Below, piece by piece: positions 12,601 to 22,009 of a stretch of DNA of 64,000 nt. The first letter of the stretch is position 1; every line of letters begins with the position of its first letter. This DNA comes from Diadema antillarum (taxonomy: Eukaryota). The stretch spans positions 744,001-808,000 of the forward strand of contig NW_027271249.1 in the NCBI RefSeq assembly GCF_040938485.1, in the 5' to 3' direction. A model generated the notes under the pieces. The model did not search any database and was not told the DNA's origin. It saw only the letters and a list, made by a program, of their open reading frames with translations. The translations under genes and the position numbers were made by a program.

Positions 12601-12726
12601 ATAATGTTCATTTTTTACGCCTTCACATTTTGTGTGCGACCAGGCTGAGCATTGGGTGCATTGTAATCCTCTTTGGTTGTTTTTGACTGCCTTAGTACAT
12701 ATAACACAAGGGTATTGCACAGTCAT
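9604..12726 (-). CDS. LINE ORF2: PHD finger, APE endonuclease, reverse transcriptase
   Basis: CVIC...CTQC..SHTKC...CTKC (PHD); LNET, GDINCD and SDH (APE); DLRKAFDTV, GVPQGSILGPLLF and YADD (RT). Uninterrupted. Likely start is MTVQYPC at 12726 (the ORF track extends to 12795). Confidence 0.95.
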   Translation of the reverse strand: MTVQYPCVICTKAVKNNQRGLQCTQCSAWSHTKCEGVKNEHYDDVQYEFLNWRCTKCVFQCLPFANCIPDESNIDTREFITPPVSSRYDNEHDGSDVSRQYDHFKNNDFKCTHLNIRSLYRNVEEIKLFLYDNNIHILALNETLLDDSISDNEIGIQHYDIIRKDRNRNGGGVAIYIRNSIPYEVIHSDVTDSLELILIRVRPKSCAPFLFMSWYRPPDSKIEIMNIYENVLTFVDTFRLNIIVMGDINCDIRKKYKSNVLKRFEEINTLFSLQQINTTQFTRVTHNTRSLIDHMMTNAIDIVKAYGVINVGLSDHNLCYLILNFKSVQSPRIISYRNLKNVDLEAFRIHLSNHPWHEISAATTIDEAIELWETYFMDSIEKFAPVKKKRVRKQPAPWINANIKMLMKKRDDLKRKASKYNDEYIMNMYRKVRNLVTKQCRLAKKEYFSKQLSNVFNCSSGENVWSVLKPLLPSKKLVNNSTDSNNSSVLANQFNDFFANIGSELAATIPDFRNDTVDINSVQSCFEFNSVTEDDVMKTILGMSNKKSTGVDNISMIMLKMALPVIVSSLTHIFNRSLSECTFPSNWKRSKIIPIYKTGDRASPNNYRPISILSSVSKILEKLVQVQLTNYLKDNNILSQAQSGFRKNHSTISTLLKVTDDWLTAIDHGQYTGAVFIDLRKAFDTVDPCILLKRLSAIGVAESCLSWFSSYLTDRRIYTHFSSSTSVEANIDYGVPQGSILGPLLFIIYIDSIVKQVHSCSIHLYADDTVIYFSHSDIIMIESVLNSELQNIFSWLCESKLSLNQDKTVCMLFGSQMKLKKCNKLHLLVNENIICQVHSTKYLGMILDPCLKWNLHIDKMCIRISKLVRLLSRLRHTINLSNLKVVYNAIILPIFDYGDVIYGSTSSKHTRLLQKLQNRACRIILGISPYRHMSVRELHARLGWKSLAARRCCHLNTMVFKTLHDFAPPYLKDQFQYCHFNYLLRSTGNLALPKPRTEYCKRTFYYRGAVQYNNLPPSLKVVCSPASFSSKLISFVPDFL

Positions 12727-13001
12727 GTAGCAAAGATATGTATTAAAAGGACCGGGTAAATGAAGAAAAAAATAAGTAAAAGAAAAAAAAAACACAGAAA
12801 GATATATAACAAAAGATTGAAGTTACGCAAGACTTGAGAGAGAGAGAGAGAAAAAAAAACACTACAGTCAATTTACTAAATGAATAGAACAAAGTTGAGA
12901 ATGCATCATAATCACTTTTACACTTATTTGGAAGCAAACTCTTATACAATAGAGCAGACTGATGTGGACCGGCATATCTATACAGTGCCAAATTCAGAGA
13001 G

Positions 13002-13778
13002 TCATATCAAGTCTAAGTCACTTTCGGAATTTATCGCACGCTTGATAGTTTTCCCGCCAGTAGCAGGGAGCAGGGCAACCACTCTCCCATCGGAAGTCCA
13101 AGCTGACAGCACCTTGCGACACGCTTTGGTTTTGCGAAGCAGCGAAGCATTTTCCTTTGTAAGATCTTCATCGATGCCCATCTTGGAACCCTTGAGTGCA
13201 CGCCGTTTGGAAATGACAAGCTTCCTTACGCGATATGAAACGAACTTCACTATAATTGGACGAGGCTTCGTTTTGTTGTTCCGCGAAGCGCGACTGCTCC
13301 TCCTCAGAGATCCGTCCGGGCTTTCACTATCGCTAGGGGATCCGATGCGGTGAGATCTTTCGATGTCATTCTTTGTGAGCGGTATTTTGAGGATTTCGTT
13401 CACAATGTGGCAAACTTGATCATCTGTGCTCTCGCCCTTTGACTCCTCCACGCCATAGAATCTCAGACAATTACGTCTTGAGTATTGCTCTTGTGCGCAG
13501 ACACCTCGCTGAATGCTCTGAACAAGGTTGCGCTCCTTGTCAAGAGCTTTGTGTAGATTCGTGATTTCGGTTGACTGGACCTCAATGCGCTTTTCCAAGT
13601 CCATTATCTTAGCCTCATTTGCCTCAACACGTTGGGCAATGCTTGATAATTCAGCTTGCACGGTTTCACGGACAGCATTCCTGATTGCTTGGAGGAATGC
13701 ATCTCCTTCAACAAAAGCTTTCATTGTCTCATCAATGATGGCTCTGACCTTTTCCTGAGTCATCGACGCATTAGGCAT
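13002..13778 (-). CDS. LINE ORF1: coiled coil plus L1-type RRM nucleic-acid chaperone
   Basis: Coiled-coil N half, then EQYSRRNCLRFYGVEE, IERSHRIG, PRPIIVKF and IDEDLT motifs typical of CR1/L2 ORF1. Likely start is MPNASM at 13778. Confidence 0.88.
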   Translation of the reverse strand: MPNASMTQEKVRAIIDETMKAFVEGDAFLQAIRNAVRETVQAELSSIAQRVEANEAKIMDLEKRIEVQSTEITNLHKALDKERNLVQSIQRGVCAQEQYSRRNCLRFYGVEESKGESTDDQVCHIVNEILKIPLTKNDIERSHRIGSPSDSESPDGSLRRSSRASRNNKTKPRPIIVKFVSYRVRKLVISKRRALKGSKMGIDEDLTKENASLLRKTKACRKVLSAWTSDGRVVALLPATGGKTIKRAINSESDLDLI

Positions 13779-14418
13779 GATGGCGGATGAGTTATTTGCA
13801 ATGACGATATAAATCGTATGACGGGTAGAGCTATACAAACGCCCAAGTGAGAGAAGTCAAATGACAGTTGAAAGTCTTAAATACAAATAAGGTTGTATCG
13901 TTGAAAATGACTCAAAGATGACAGATAAAACTCCCTTAGCTCCAAGAGTCAAATCAGTTCACACGACCATTTTCAACATGGCGTCGGCCATTGGTGTGTG
14001 TAGTACCCATTTCAACAAGTGGTTACATGCGGAGTTCAAAATGATGAATACGGTGCATTCTCAAATGGAGACATTAGGCAGTGTTAATGTATCATAGATA
14101 CTGCAAGAGTGGCCATATGAAAACAATCACAGACTATGCAAAATGTATGTCGGAAAGGTATATGCACGAGCTATATACGCGGTGAGTAATGGACATTCAC
14201 ATACCACGCTTGCATAATATAGGTTCCATCACGATTGTACCGCCTTTGGCCGCCACAGTACGCAATCACGTCCAAGTTCCACGATCACTCTTTCTTGAGA
14301 ATATGAGTTTATCCAACAAGTTTCAGACACATGGCCGCTGTGATTTTGTAAGAAATACAAAATCCAAGGAAAGTTCTCTGAGTCTATGGACGAAAATTCC
14401 AGTTTCTTCAATAAAAAT

Positions 14419-16191
14419 TCAGTGAAAGTAGAGTGATGATTGGAGAGACTCGTTTCTGTGTCTATTGCCAACTGGCCGTGCTTGCTCTGCTTGTTCAGCC
14501 TGGGGTGCTCGCTGTGGTTGTTCTGGTGTCCTTTGTTGCACGCCACCAACATCGCTACGAAGTGGAGCTGGTCCCCACTCTGGCTGACTGCGTGCTGGTA
14601 TCTGCTCGATATTTGATGCTTGGGGGCAGTGCCTCCAACCATGGCCAACTTGATTGCAGTGGTAGCACCTCCTTCTGTCTGCATCGATGTTTGCTGGCAT
14701 ACTTCTAAGTGGTTGCTTCACTAGACGTGGGCAATCTCGTTTCCAATGGCCAGCTTGGCCGCAATTGAAACAATTGTTGCTCTGGTCCCCAGGCAGTGAT
14801 GATGCTGGTACCCTTGCAAATTGTGATGTCGCGTTGGTTCTCGATCGTGTTGGTGGAGAAGATTCCACTCTGGAAATCAGCTCTTCCATTGCTTTCGTCA
14901 TTCGCCTCATAGCGCCGTCTTTCTCCTTGGTTGCAGGGCTCTTCTGCTCTACATCATCAGTCGCCAGTGCTCTGCTATACCGCTGCGACCGGCCATCGCT
15001 TCTCTCCGTCTCCATCCTCAGGAAAGCCTCTGTACTCAATGCTGCTTCAATCGCCTCGTCAAGTGTGCGGGGCTGGGCGCGGAAAAGACCTTCTCGTATC
15101 TCTGCTCTTACGACCGCGTCCATGAAGTGGCCTCTTGCTAAGCGATCTTGCCCCGCCTCGTCAAATTCTTGGTAGGCTAATGCAGTCAGCTCCCGAATAC
15201 CTTGTCCCAACTCCTGCAGAGTTTCCTTTGGTTTCCTCCTCCTGGTCCGCAGCTCAGCCAAGAAGACTTCGGATTTGCCTGCTGGGCCGAACCGTTGCTT
15301 AAGCCTATTTACCAGCTCGCTGTACGTTAACCTCCTTCCTGTCTGTTGAACAAGGACCTTTACAGCTGGGCCTCGCATGCTGGCAGCCAAATACTGCAGT
15401 GCTTCATCTTCGGACCATCCGTTCACCCCTGCGCAGGCCTCAAAATGACTCAAATAGTCAAGAATCGGCCCCCTGCCGTCGAATCTATCGGGAGTCATCC
15501 GCAGCTTATCTCCACCTCTATATCTGCGCTGGTAACTGCCTTCGTCCCACAGTTCTGGTCTTCGCCACGGTGTACCCATTGCTGATGGCGCTGCTGATGA
15601 ATTACCTCCAGCACCTACCAGAACTTCATTTACTGGTGCTGGCTGGTTGCCCGTTGCTGGTGTCTCCCAACTGGTCTGCTGGATCCTGCTGGGGCCGCCT
15701 GCCATCCTACCTTCACATGTAGGACCACTCTGCCATTGCTGACTTCCAGTCATCATGCCGACACCAAACCGTTGCGCTGTAACTGGTTGATTGCGATACC
15801 TGCTGTATCCATCGTTGACTGATCTGCTTTCAGGTGTTGCAAAGCTACTGGGGAACGAATGAGGAATCTCAACGCTTCCACCAGATCGCCTTGCAAAACT
15901 AGCAGGAGGAGCTTTACTTCCGGATGACTCTGCTGCAGCATTCGGTGCTGTGGTGAAGCCATCCTGGTCTAGTGGTGTGCTGCTGCTAATTCCTGCCCTT
16001 CCTGAACTCATCGTTCCTGAGCTGGGGTAGCTGGTGGTAGCGGGTCCCTGCGACGGAGCTGGAGTTCTTCCGAGTGCTGCACGAAGATCTGTCATCATCG
16101 CTTCGACGTCTGCCAGCTCCTGTTCTAGCTGCCACCAGATTTCCGCTGGAGTTTGCTGACGCACGCCAGCAGTCCTTGCTGAGTGATGCAT
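14419..16191 (-). CDS. gag: Gypsy gag with two CCHC zinc knuckles; the last ~14 codons and the stop derive from the LINE
   Basis: PDRFDG...FEACAGVNGW and capsid-like region. Knuckles CFNCGQAGHWKRDC and CYHCNQVGHGWRHC. The native frame continues across the TSD into 9234. Confidence 0.93.
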   Translation of the reverse strand: MHHSARTAGVRQQTPAEIWWQLEQELADVEAMMTDLRAALGRTPAPSQGPATTSYPSSGTMSSGRAGISSSTPLDQDGFTTAPNAAAESSGSKAPPASFARRSGGSVEIPHSFPSSFATPESRSVNDGYSRYRNQPVTAQRFGVGMMTGSQQWQSGPTCEGRMAGGPSRIQQTSWETPATGNQPAPVNEVLVGAGGNSSAAPSAMGTPWRRPELWDEGSYQRRYRGGDKLRMTPDRFDGRGPILDYLSHFEACAGVNGWSEDEALQYLAASMRGPAVKVLVQQTGRRLTYSELVNRLKQRFGPAGKSEVFLAELRTRRRKPKETLQELGQGIRELTALAYQEFDEAGQDRLARGHFMDAVVRAEIREGLFRAQPRTLDEAIEAALSTEAFLRMETERSDGRSQRYSRALATDDVEQKSPATKEKDGAMRRMTKAMEELISRVESSPPTRSRTNATSQFARVPASSLPGDQSNNCFNCGQAGHWKRDCPRLVKQPLRSMPANIDADRRRCYHCNQVGHGWRHCPQASNIEQIPARSQPEWGPAPLRSDVGGVQQRTPEQPQRAPQAEQAEQARPVGNRHRNESLQSSLYFH

Positions 16192-16214
16192 GTTGCGCTG
16201 CCCTGTCTACTGCC

Positions 16215-16233
16215 AATCCCACTCCTGACACCA
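16215..16233 (-). promoter_or_regulatory. Primer binding site complementary to the 3' end of tRNA-Leu(CAG)
   Basis: The plus strand aatcccactcctgacacca equals the 3' 19 nt (including CCA) of metazoan tRNA-Leu(CAG) as recalled. It lies 2 nt from the 5' LTR. Confidence 0.9.
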
Positions 16234-16235
16234 CG

Positions 16236-17181
16236 TGTAGCCTTCTCTCCTTCTGCCGCTAGTGTATATGTTATTATACGCTGTGTGCCATCCGGCCCCG
16301 GCAACTAGCTGGAGAAGGGTCAGGATGGTCCGAGCTAGGCTGGGGTCCGTTTGGTTGAAATATACAACCAGGCGTGGAGAACGGCGTTGAAATGTACCAT
16401 ATTGCTGGGTTACTTACTACCAGTCTATTCCCATTACTTGCTTACTACCAGAATACTACCAGTCACAATTCATCCAACGAAGATACCAGTACCAGAGCAG
16501 CTCATCCAATCGCAGATACCAATACCAGTGCAGCTCATCCAATCGCAGATACCAATACCAGTTCACTCGCATATCATTTCATCAGTTCCGTAATTGCACT
16601 GCACTACTCACCAATACTTGTGTTATACTGCAGCAGACTTCAAATGAAACGGTCCAGGCAGTAGTATCCACTTCAATCAACGCTTTATTAACACTACTTA
16701 TCCACACTTTGGCCCGTATCTAGGCCCACCCAGCTGGCTTATCCACACTTTGGCCCGTATCTAGGCCCACCCAGCTCTATCGGCCTGTATCCAGGCCCAC
16801 CCAGCTGTTTCGATACATATTCGACCTCTTATTATTCTCCGACCGCTATATTTCCGAAACAGTTACGCATTTTACTTACTGACCTTTTCCTAACATACTA
16901 ACGCTTATTAACCTTCCTCATCATACGGAAATGATTAAATAACGAAGCAATAATTGTATGAAAGATTATTACTGAACATAATCGCATCTCCAACAATTAT
17001 TACCTCTCTAAAATTCCTAACAAAACAATCCATAAACGTCAGTTTCCTTGAAACTGATCGATTCATGATCGATTGCTAAAATAATCGATCGATTATATAT
17101 TCGACCACGAAACTTTCAATATTGGGCTAATTTTCACCCTTTTTCTTACTAATACACTAATCTACCAATCCTCCATTGGTT

Positions 17182-17184
<3 letters not shown>
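16236..17184 (-). repeat. 5' LTR of the Gypsy element (949 bp)
   Basis: Direct repeat of 2469-3419 with TG...CA ends, followed by (AT)n. Confidence 0.97.
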
Positions 17185-17213
<29 letters not shown>

Positions 17214-19175
17214 CTGTCTTAACAGTTTTCAACTGTGACACGATGTACATATCGCTGATGGTGGCTGTTACATCGTGTCGAAGCGCAATAAAGCACTAAT
17301 CTCGCAAAAAAATTCTGCAACCTGCTTTTACACCATCCTATAGGAATAAATTTGTGTTTTATAATTATAATGTTCACAAAGATATCACCCGACCATTTTC
17401 TCTAGTGCAGTGGAAAGATTTCACTTTGATTTAAAAAAAGAAAAAAAAAGAAAATAAGTATTTTTAAGATACCACTTCGGTCTTTTGACGAACCTTATTC
17501 AGAAACATCCTTCGTTCAACTACGATATACCTTATGGGTAATTCCGAGCAAGCGTGTGCGTGTCATTGTAACATCAAAACCTTTGAAAGCAAAATTCGAT
17601 GGTCGGAAGATAGATGGAGCACCTTTACAAAGGCGTGGTATATTTGCAGCATTCAACGATGGCATTGACTCCCAGCTTTCTTTATTCTTGCTGTAGACAA
17701 GTGTATGGTAATTAATTGAATGGAAATCCATTAGTGGCATTTCCAACTAAAAATAATAAAAGACCTGAACATTCAAGATTGATCTCAGAATGTTTTCCTG
17801 TCGTTTGCTATTTTATGCCATGCAAAAAGAAAAAAAAAAATCAATCGACTAGCAGCATAATTCTTTTGTGTTGTCAGTGTGAATTGAAACTTTGTTTGCA
17901 TCAATGCATTTTCTTGGCTTCTCCGTTAGAATGCCTGTTGTTGATGTTGTTTCGCCAGTGCAAAACAAAATCAAGCGAAAAATTGCGATGCTTGAATCTC
18001 CCCTGCTATGCCTATTGAGCAATAAATAATCATAAACGACGCTGGAAAGCGACCCAGCATAAAAAGAAATCATTTTGAAAAGGTACAGTAACTGTTTGTA
18101 AGGCAGTAACGTTGATACAGCAATAAAACTTTATTCATCGTTTGAATGCAATTTCATTTCTTAATGTCAAATGTCCTTTTTTTTAAAGCGCTATAAGAGT
18201 GAAAAGGCCTTACTTGTTATTTTGAAGCTACGATTTATTCATTTATTGTTAGACATATAAAGATGATCACCGAAAAAAAGCAGCGAAATTCAAATGAGAC
18301 GGTAAAGTATACACTGGAATGACAAGGGCACACATAACTCATGCATGCGCTGAATTACGAAAAAATAACAAAACAGATTACGGTAACATAAAAAGTAAGC
18401 AAACGATAGCTGCCAAAAATGCGTATATATATGATATAAATATATATCACAAAACACAATCGTGCAAACTGAAAAAAAACACTTATTTGCTGTCACTGTG
18501 GTTCTCTAACTACTAGTATTTTCTCATTCAAGTTGATACTATGCTCAGTAGTAAGTACATTCAAGTTTAAAAATGCATGGTTATGTCAGTGCAAAAGATA
18601 TACTGGCACGTCGCAAATTATCACTCTTGTTCTCTGTTTATGTAAAACAACAACAACAACAACAACAAAAGTGACATCGGATTGTGGTGTGATTATGGAA
18701 TAAACGTTACCAGTCACTTTTGTGCGTGAACTCTTGTATAAATTATATTGTATATGGAAATGAAAAGAAATGAAAATGAAGTAAAATGAAAATGAATTGA
18801 AATGAAAATGAAATAAAATGAAAATGAATTGAAATGAAAATGAAACAAACCCTGTTAATACAATGTAAGCCTCATGTTATTTGCTGAAGACTCTGGAACG
18901 TTGTCCTCTGCACAGCATTAAATAATGCTGACTCAATTTTTGAAGTTAAGGAGAGGTCATTTGAACCTCTGAAAGCATCTGTAACTTCCAGGGTCGGACG
19001 GATCCAAGCAAGGATCTTGATGGGGGAGGAATGCAGTCATACCTTTACAAACGCATCGGTTTTTTACTTTTGAGACTTTTTGATATTGAATTGTACATAA
19101 TCAAGTGCTTGGATACTTATCAACAACTATTAACAAATTATCAGATAAGTGCTATGGGAGATCAAAGACAGTTAT

Positions 19176-19344
19176 GGGCCCTGTTTCATAAAGCTGTTCG
19201 TAAAGTTACGAACAACTTACGAGCGACTGGTGATCAGTTCTGATGTGTTATACTTATCAGAAAATATATAATTCAACACAAGAACTGATCACCAGTCGCT
19301 CGTAAGTTGTTCGTAACTTTACGAACAGCTTTATGAAACACCCC
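19176..19344. mobile_element. Foldback MITE (possibly Harbinger-like), absent from the paralogous unit
   Basis: About 60-bp inverted repeats (tgtttcataaagctgttcgtaaagttacg...gatcagttc). The site in unit 2 (~29785) is empty. Confidence 0.8.
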
Positions 19345-20819
19345 ATGGTCAGGTTTGCTATAAACGAGCGTTGTAACCGAAGTTCGCAATCTCTTGGTTA
19401 TTCCAAAAGACAAGCAGGTCATAGTGCGTTTGTCCATGGTTCTTGAACCTAAGAAATTTATTCTAAGTTCATCTTCTCTTCACGCCTATATATCGATCAC
19501 AATCGCTACTGATGTGTAAAAGAGACACAAACCACGCCCACCTTGTAGGAGGTGATACCATTTTTATTTTCAGAGATCAAATTTTGGTATAATAACGCTG
19601 CGCAGGGAGTTCTTTGCGCAGCTTGTTTTAATGCGCCTGCGTATTTCAGGTGTTATCTTTTCATGGTGGTAGTCGTAATGCGACGATAATGAATAGTGAG
19701 TTCGCAGAAGCCTGCTTTGTGTAGCAGTAAATACGACAAAGACATCTTTTCTGGGTGGGCTACAAATAGGCAGCTTCGGACAGGTATAATCCAAACTGAG
19801 ACTGTGAGACATTTTCAACATATCGTTTTCGCCTAACTGGTAACTGGTACAGGGACCCTACTCCTACTTATATCGTAAGTTGCATCTTGTTCATTTAGGC
19901 CTACAGCTTTTCTTCCTCTATGTGTTCAGACGTCATTTAAATTACAAGTATATTTTAACGATCCCGGTATCTCGTCAATGCATATAGCACGCAATCATGT
20001 TGACAGCATGTAATATTCCATCCCCTAATCTTCCAGCTTTCTCGCTTTAATCTCTCTGCGCAGATCGCAACGTTGTACCTGTCTTCAGTTCTTATTTCCC
20101 ATTGCACTTTGCTATTTTTTTGTCATGTTTGGTGTGTGAATGTCATAATTATCTGAAGTGGTAGACGTACACTGTTTCGCGAAATTAACAAGCTATTTAT
20201 TTGTCCTTCTTATTTTCATACGCAATGCATACATATGTCTTTCACAAATCATGAATTATGAATAGGGTTACTATAATTGCAGCTCTTTATTATTCCAGTA
20301 GTGAACTATCAATCCGAACTTTTGTCTTGAGTAGTTCCTATATCGCAAAACGATATCCTATTGTAACAGCGAAATTCTGAATGGTAAGTATGAATTCTAC
20401 AAATTTCAAGAAATATACATCTTCTTCAGAAAAAAAAAATCTTATTGATTATTTTGATCTCTCTCTTACGGCATTTTCTTGCAACTTTGATAATGTACAT
20501 TGATAGACAGGGAGAAATATTATTCTTAATCGTTGTTGTCTTTCTATCTGCGTGGAAATTCAAGGGCAAACACGTCACTGTGAAATGTAATTCGCGTCAA
20601 ATGGCTTATCTTTTTTCTTTCAGGAAATACGACCTTGTCTTCGCCAGCATGTGGTGTTTGGTTGCAGCCATTACTGTCATAGTCCAATGAGACCTATTAC
20701 CGCCTATCGATGCATTTTCTGGTGAAATCACTTCCTCGAATGGTCCAGCCGTAGACGTTGAAGGTGCAGGAACTTCAGGAATTCTCAGAAGCAATCTCTC
20801 ATGGAGTTCCTCTGCAGAA

Positions 20820-21845
20820 ATGGAAGAGACAAATCAAACAGGTGATACACCAAAGCTCGACCCATTGCAATGGACATGGGTCTTTGGGTGGACGTGGGTG
20901 AATGCCCTTGAGATGAGCTGTGCCTGTGTTGGGGTACTGGGAAACCTGCTTGTTATACTCGCACTCCGGATGCAGGCACGAACTATAAAACACTCGACCG
21001 ACATCTTACTCGGAGCACTGGCAGTTTCTGATCTACTGACATCCATTTCCATCATGCCCTTACCTCTTGCTGTAAGAGTGCCGCGAACGCCACTTGGTTC
21101 GCTGTACTGTAAGTTTGCATACCCGCGTTACTTTGTGTGGGTCCCAGTCCACGTGTCTATTTACACTTTAGTAGGAATAGCCATTGAACGCACGATTGCA
21201 ATAGTGAGTCCACTACATTTCAGATCTTACGTCACCACTCGCAAAATTTACACCTACATATCGACGGTGTGTGTCCTGTCGTTTATATCTTGCCTCTATC
21301 CAGTTAAAACGGATGTGGTCAACAACACCTGCAAGGTCCCGTATGGACCAGAGACCAGTGGAACGATCATGTTCTACCTGCTCATGATCAGGTTTGGCAC
21401 ACCTGTGACCATCATGATCGTAACGCAGGCGGCTACGGCGTGGTCACTCCATCGTCAATCACACCGCGTGCGTAAGGGGCTTTCTCAAGCCACCGGGGTA
21501 CCGTCCACTCACATACGGGCTCGCAACCGTATCACCAGGTTGACCTTCCTCATTGTCTTGACGTACATCCTGACATTTGCTCCCCATCACGTGACTGCCG
21601 GGGTATGTGTTCTACAGGGAAAGATATACTCGTACCTGCACAGCCCTCTTCACAGCGCTCTGTCTGTGCTGATTTGTGTCAACTCTTGCGCCAACCCTTT
21701 CATATACGCGTCCCAGTACCCGAGGTTCCGGACCGCCATAAGAGATGCTTTCAAATGCAAACGAGTTGACAACCAGAATCATCCGTTTTTCACTTCAGAG
21801 TCAAATACTTTTCAGCATGAAAAAATACCAAAAAGCAAAGATTAG
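20820..21845 (+). CDS. Intronless rhodopsin-class (class A) GPCR, paralog 1; original N-terminus (ATG 20649) interrupted by TGA at 20688
   Basis: Seven hydrophobic segments, GNLLV, LAVSDLL, YCKF, IERT (DRY position) and NSCANPFIY (NPxxY). The upstream in-frame sequence matches the paralog 2 N-terminus. Confidence 0.9.
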   Translation: MEETNQTGDTPKLDPLQWTWVFGWTWVNALEMSCACVGVLGNLLVILALRMQARTIKHSTDILLGALAVSDLLTSISIMPLPLAVRVPRTPLGSLYCKFAYPRYFVWVPVHVSIYTLVGIAIERTIAIVSPLHFRSYVTTRKIYTYISTVCVLSFISCLYPVKTDVVNNTCKVPYGPETSGTIMFYLLMIRFGTPVTIMIVTQAATAWSLHRQSHRVRKGLSQATGVPSTHIRARNRITRLTFLIVLTYILTFAPHHVTAGVCVLQGKIYSYLHSPLHSALSVLICVNSCANPFIYASQYPRFRTAIRDAFKCKRVDNQNHPFFTSESNTFQHEKIPKSKD

Positions 21846-22009
21846 TTAAAATCGTCAAGAACAGCAATCAACCCCTAAATAAGCGCTGTACGTGATATGA
21901 CTACCCTAAAACAACTCTTTAAAGTGCAATAATAATAACAACATCTATTACTACTACTACTACAAAAGACACTCTGCTACGAGTCGATGAATGTCCACCT
22001 AAAAAGTCA

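Larger units (their letters stand above)
9241..14461 (-). mobile_element. Full-length non-LTR retrotransposon, CR1/L2 group (Crack/Daphne-like), nested in Gypsy gag-pol
   Basis: TSD CTATTG at 9235-9240 and 14462-14467. Has a 5' UTR, ORF1, ORF2, a 3' UTR and an AATAAAT/AAATC simple-repeat tail at 9241-9256. Confidence 0.93.
2469..17184 (-). mobile_element. Gypsy/Metaviridae LTR retrotransposon, defective copy with nested LINE
   Basis: Two ~950-bp direct repeats with TG...CA ends, PBS at 16215-16233, PPT at 3425-3434, and gag-PR-RT-RH-IN order on the minus strand. Flanked on both sides by (AT)n, compatible with an ATAT TSD. Confidence 0.97.
17210..21850 (+). repeat. Segmental duplication unit 1, right part (paralogous to ~27630-32190); positions 1-2440 are paralogous to ~23880-26500
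   Basis: Co-linear similarity throughout, e.g. tgtcttaacagttt at 17215 and 27630, and aacaatgtca..cggtataatttt at 11 and 23890. Includes the GPCR. Confidence 0.9.

Noticed and set aside
4500-16262. Many plus-strand ORFs overlapping gag, pol and the LINE
   Set aside because: They are antisense shadow frames of real coding sequence with no motifs.
16215-16335. Possible tRNA-Leu gene (3' and 5' tRNA-like pieces)
   Set aside because: The pieces are in the wrong order, with no anticodon or T arm; they are explained as the PBS and a U5 motif.
17516-17746. Short minus-strand ORF shared with 27940-28188 (and 19570-19821 with 29935-30264)
   Set aside because: Sharing is explained by the segmental duplication; indels alter the frames and there is no recognisable domain.
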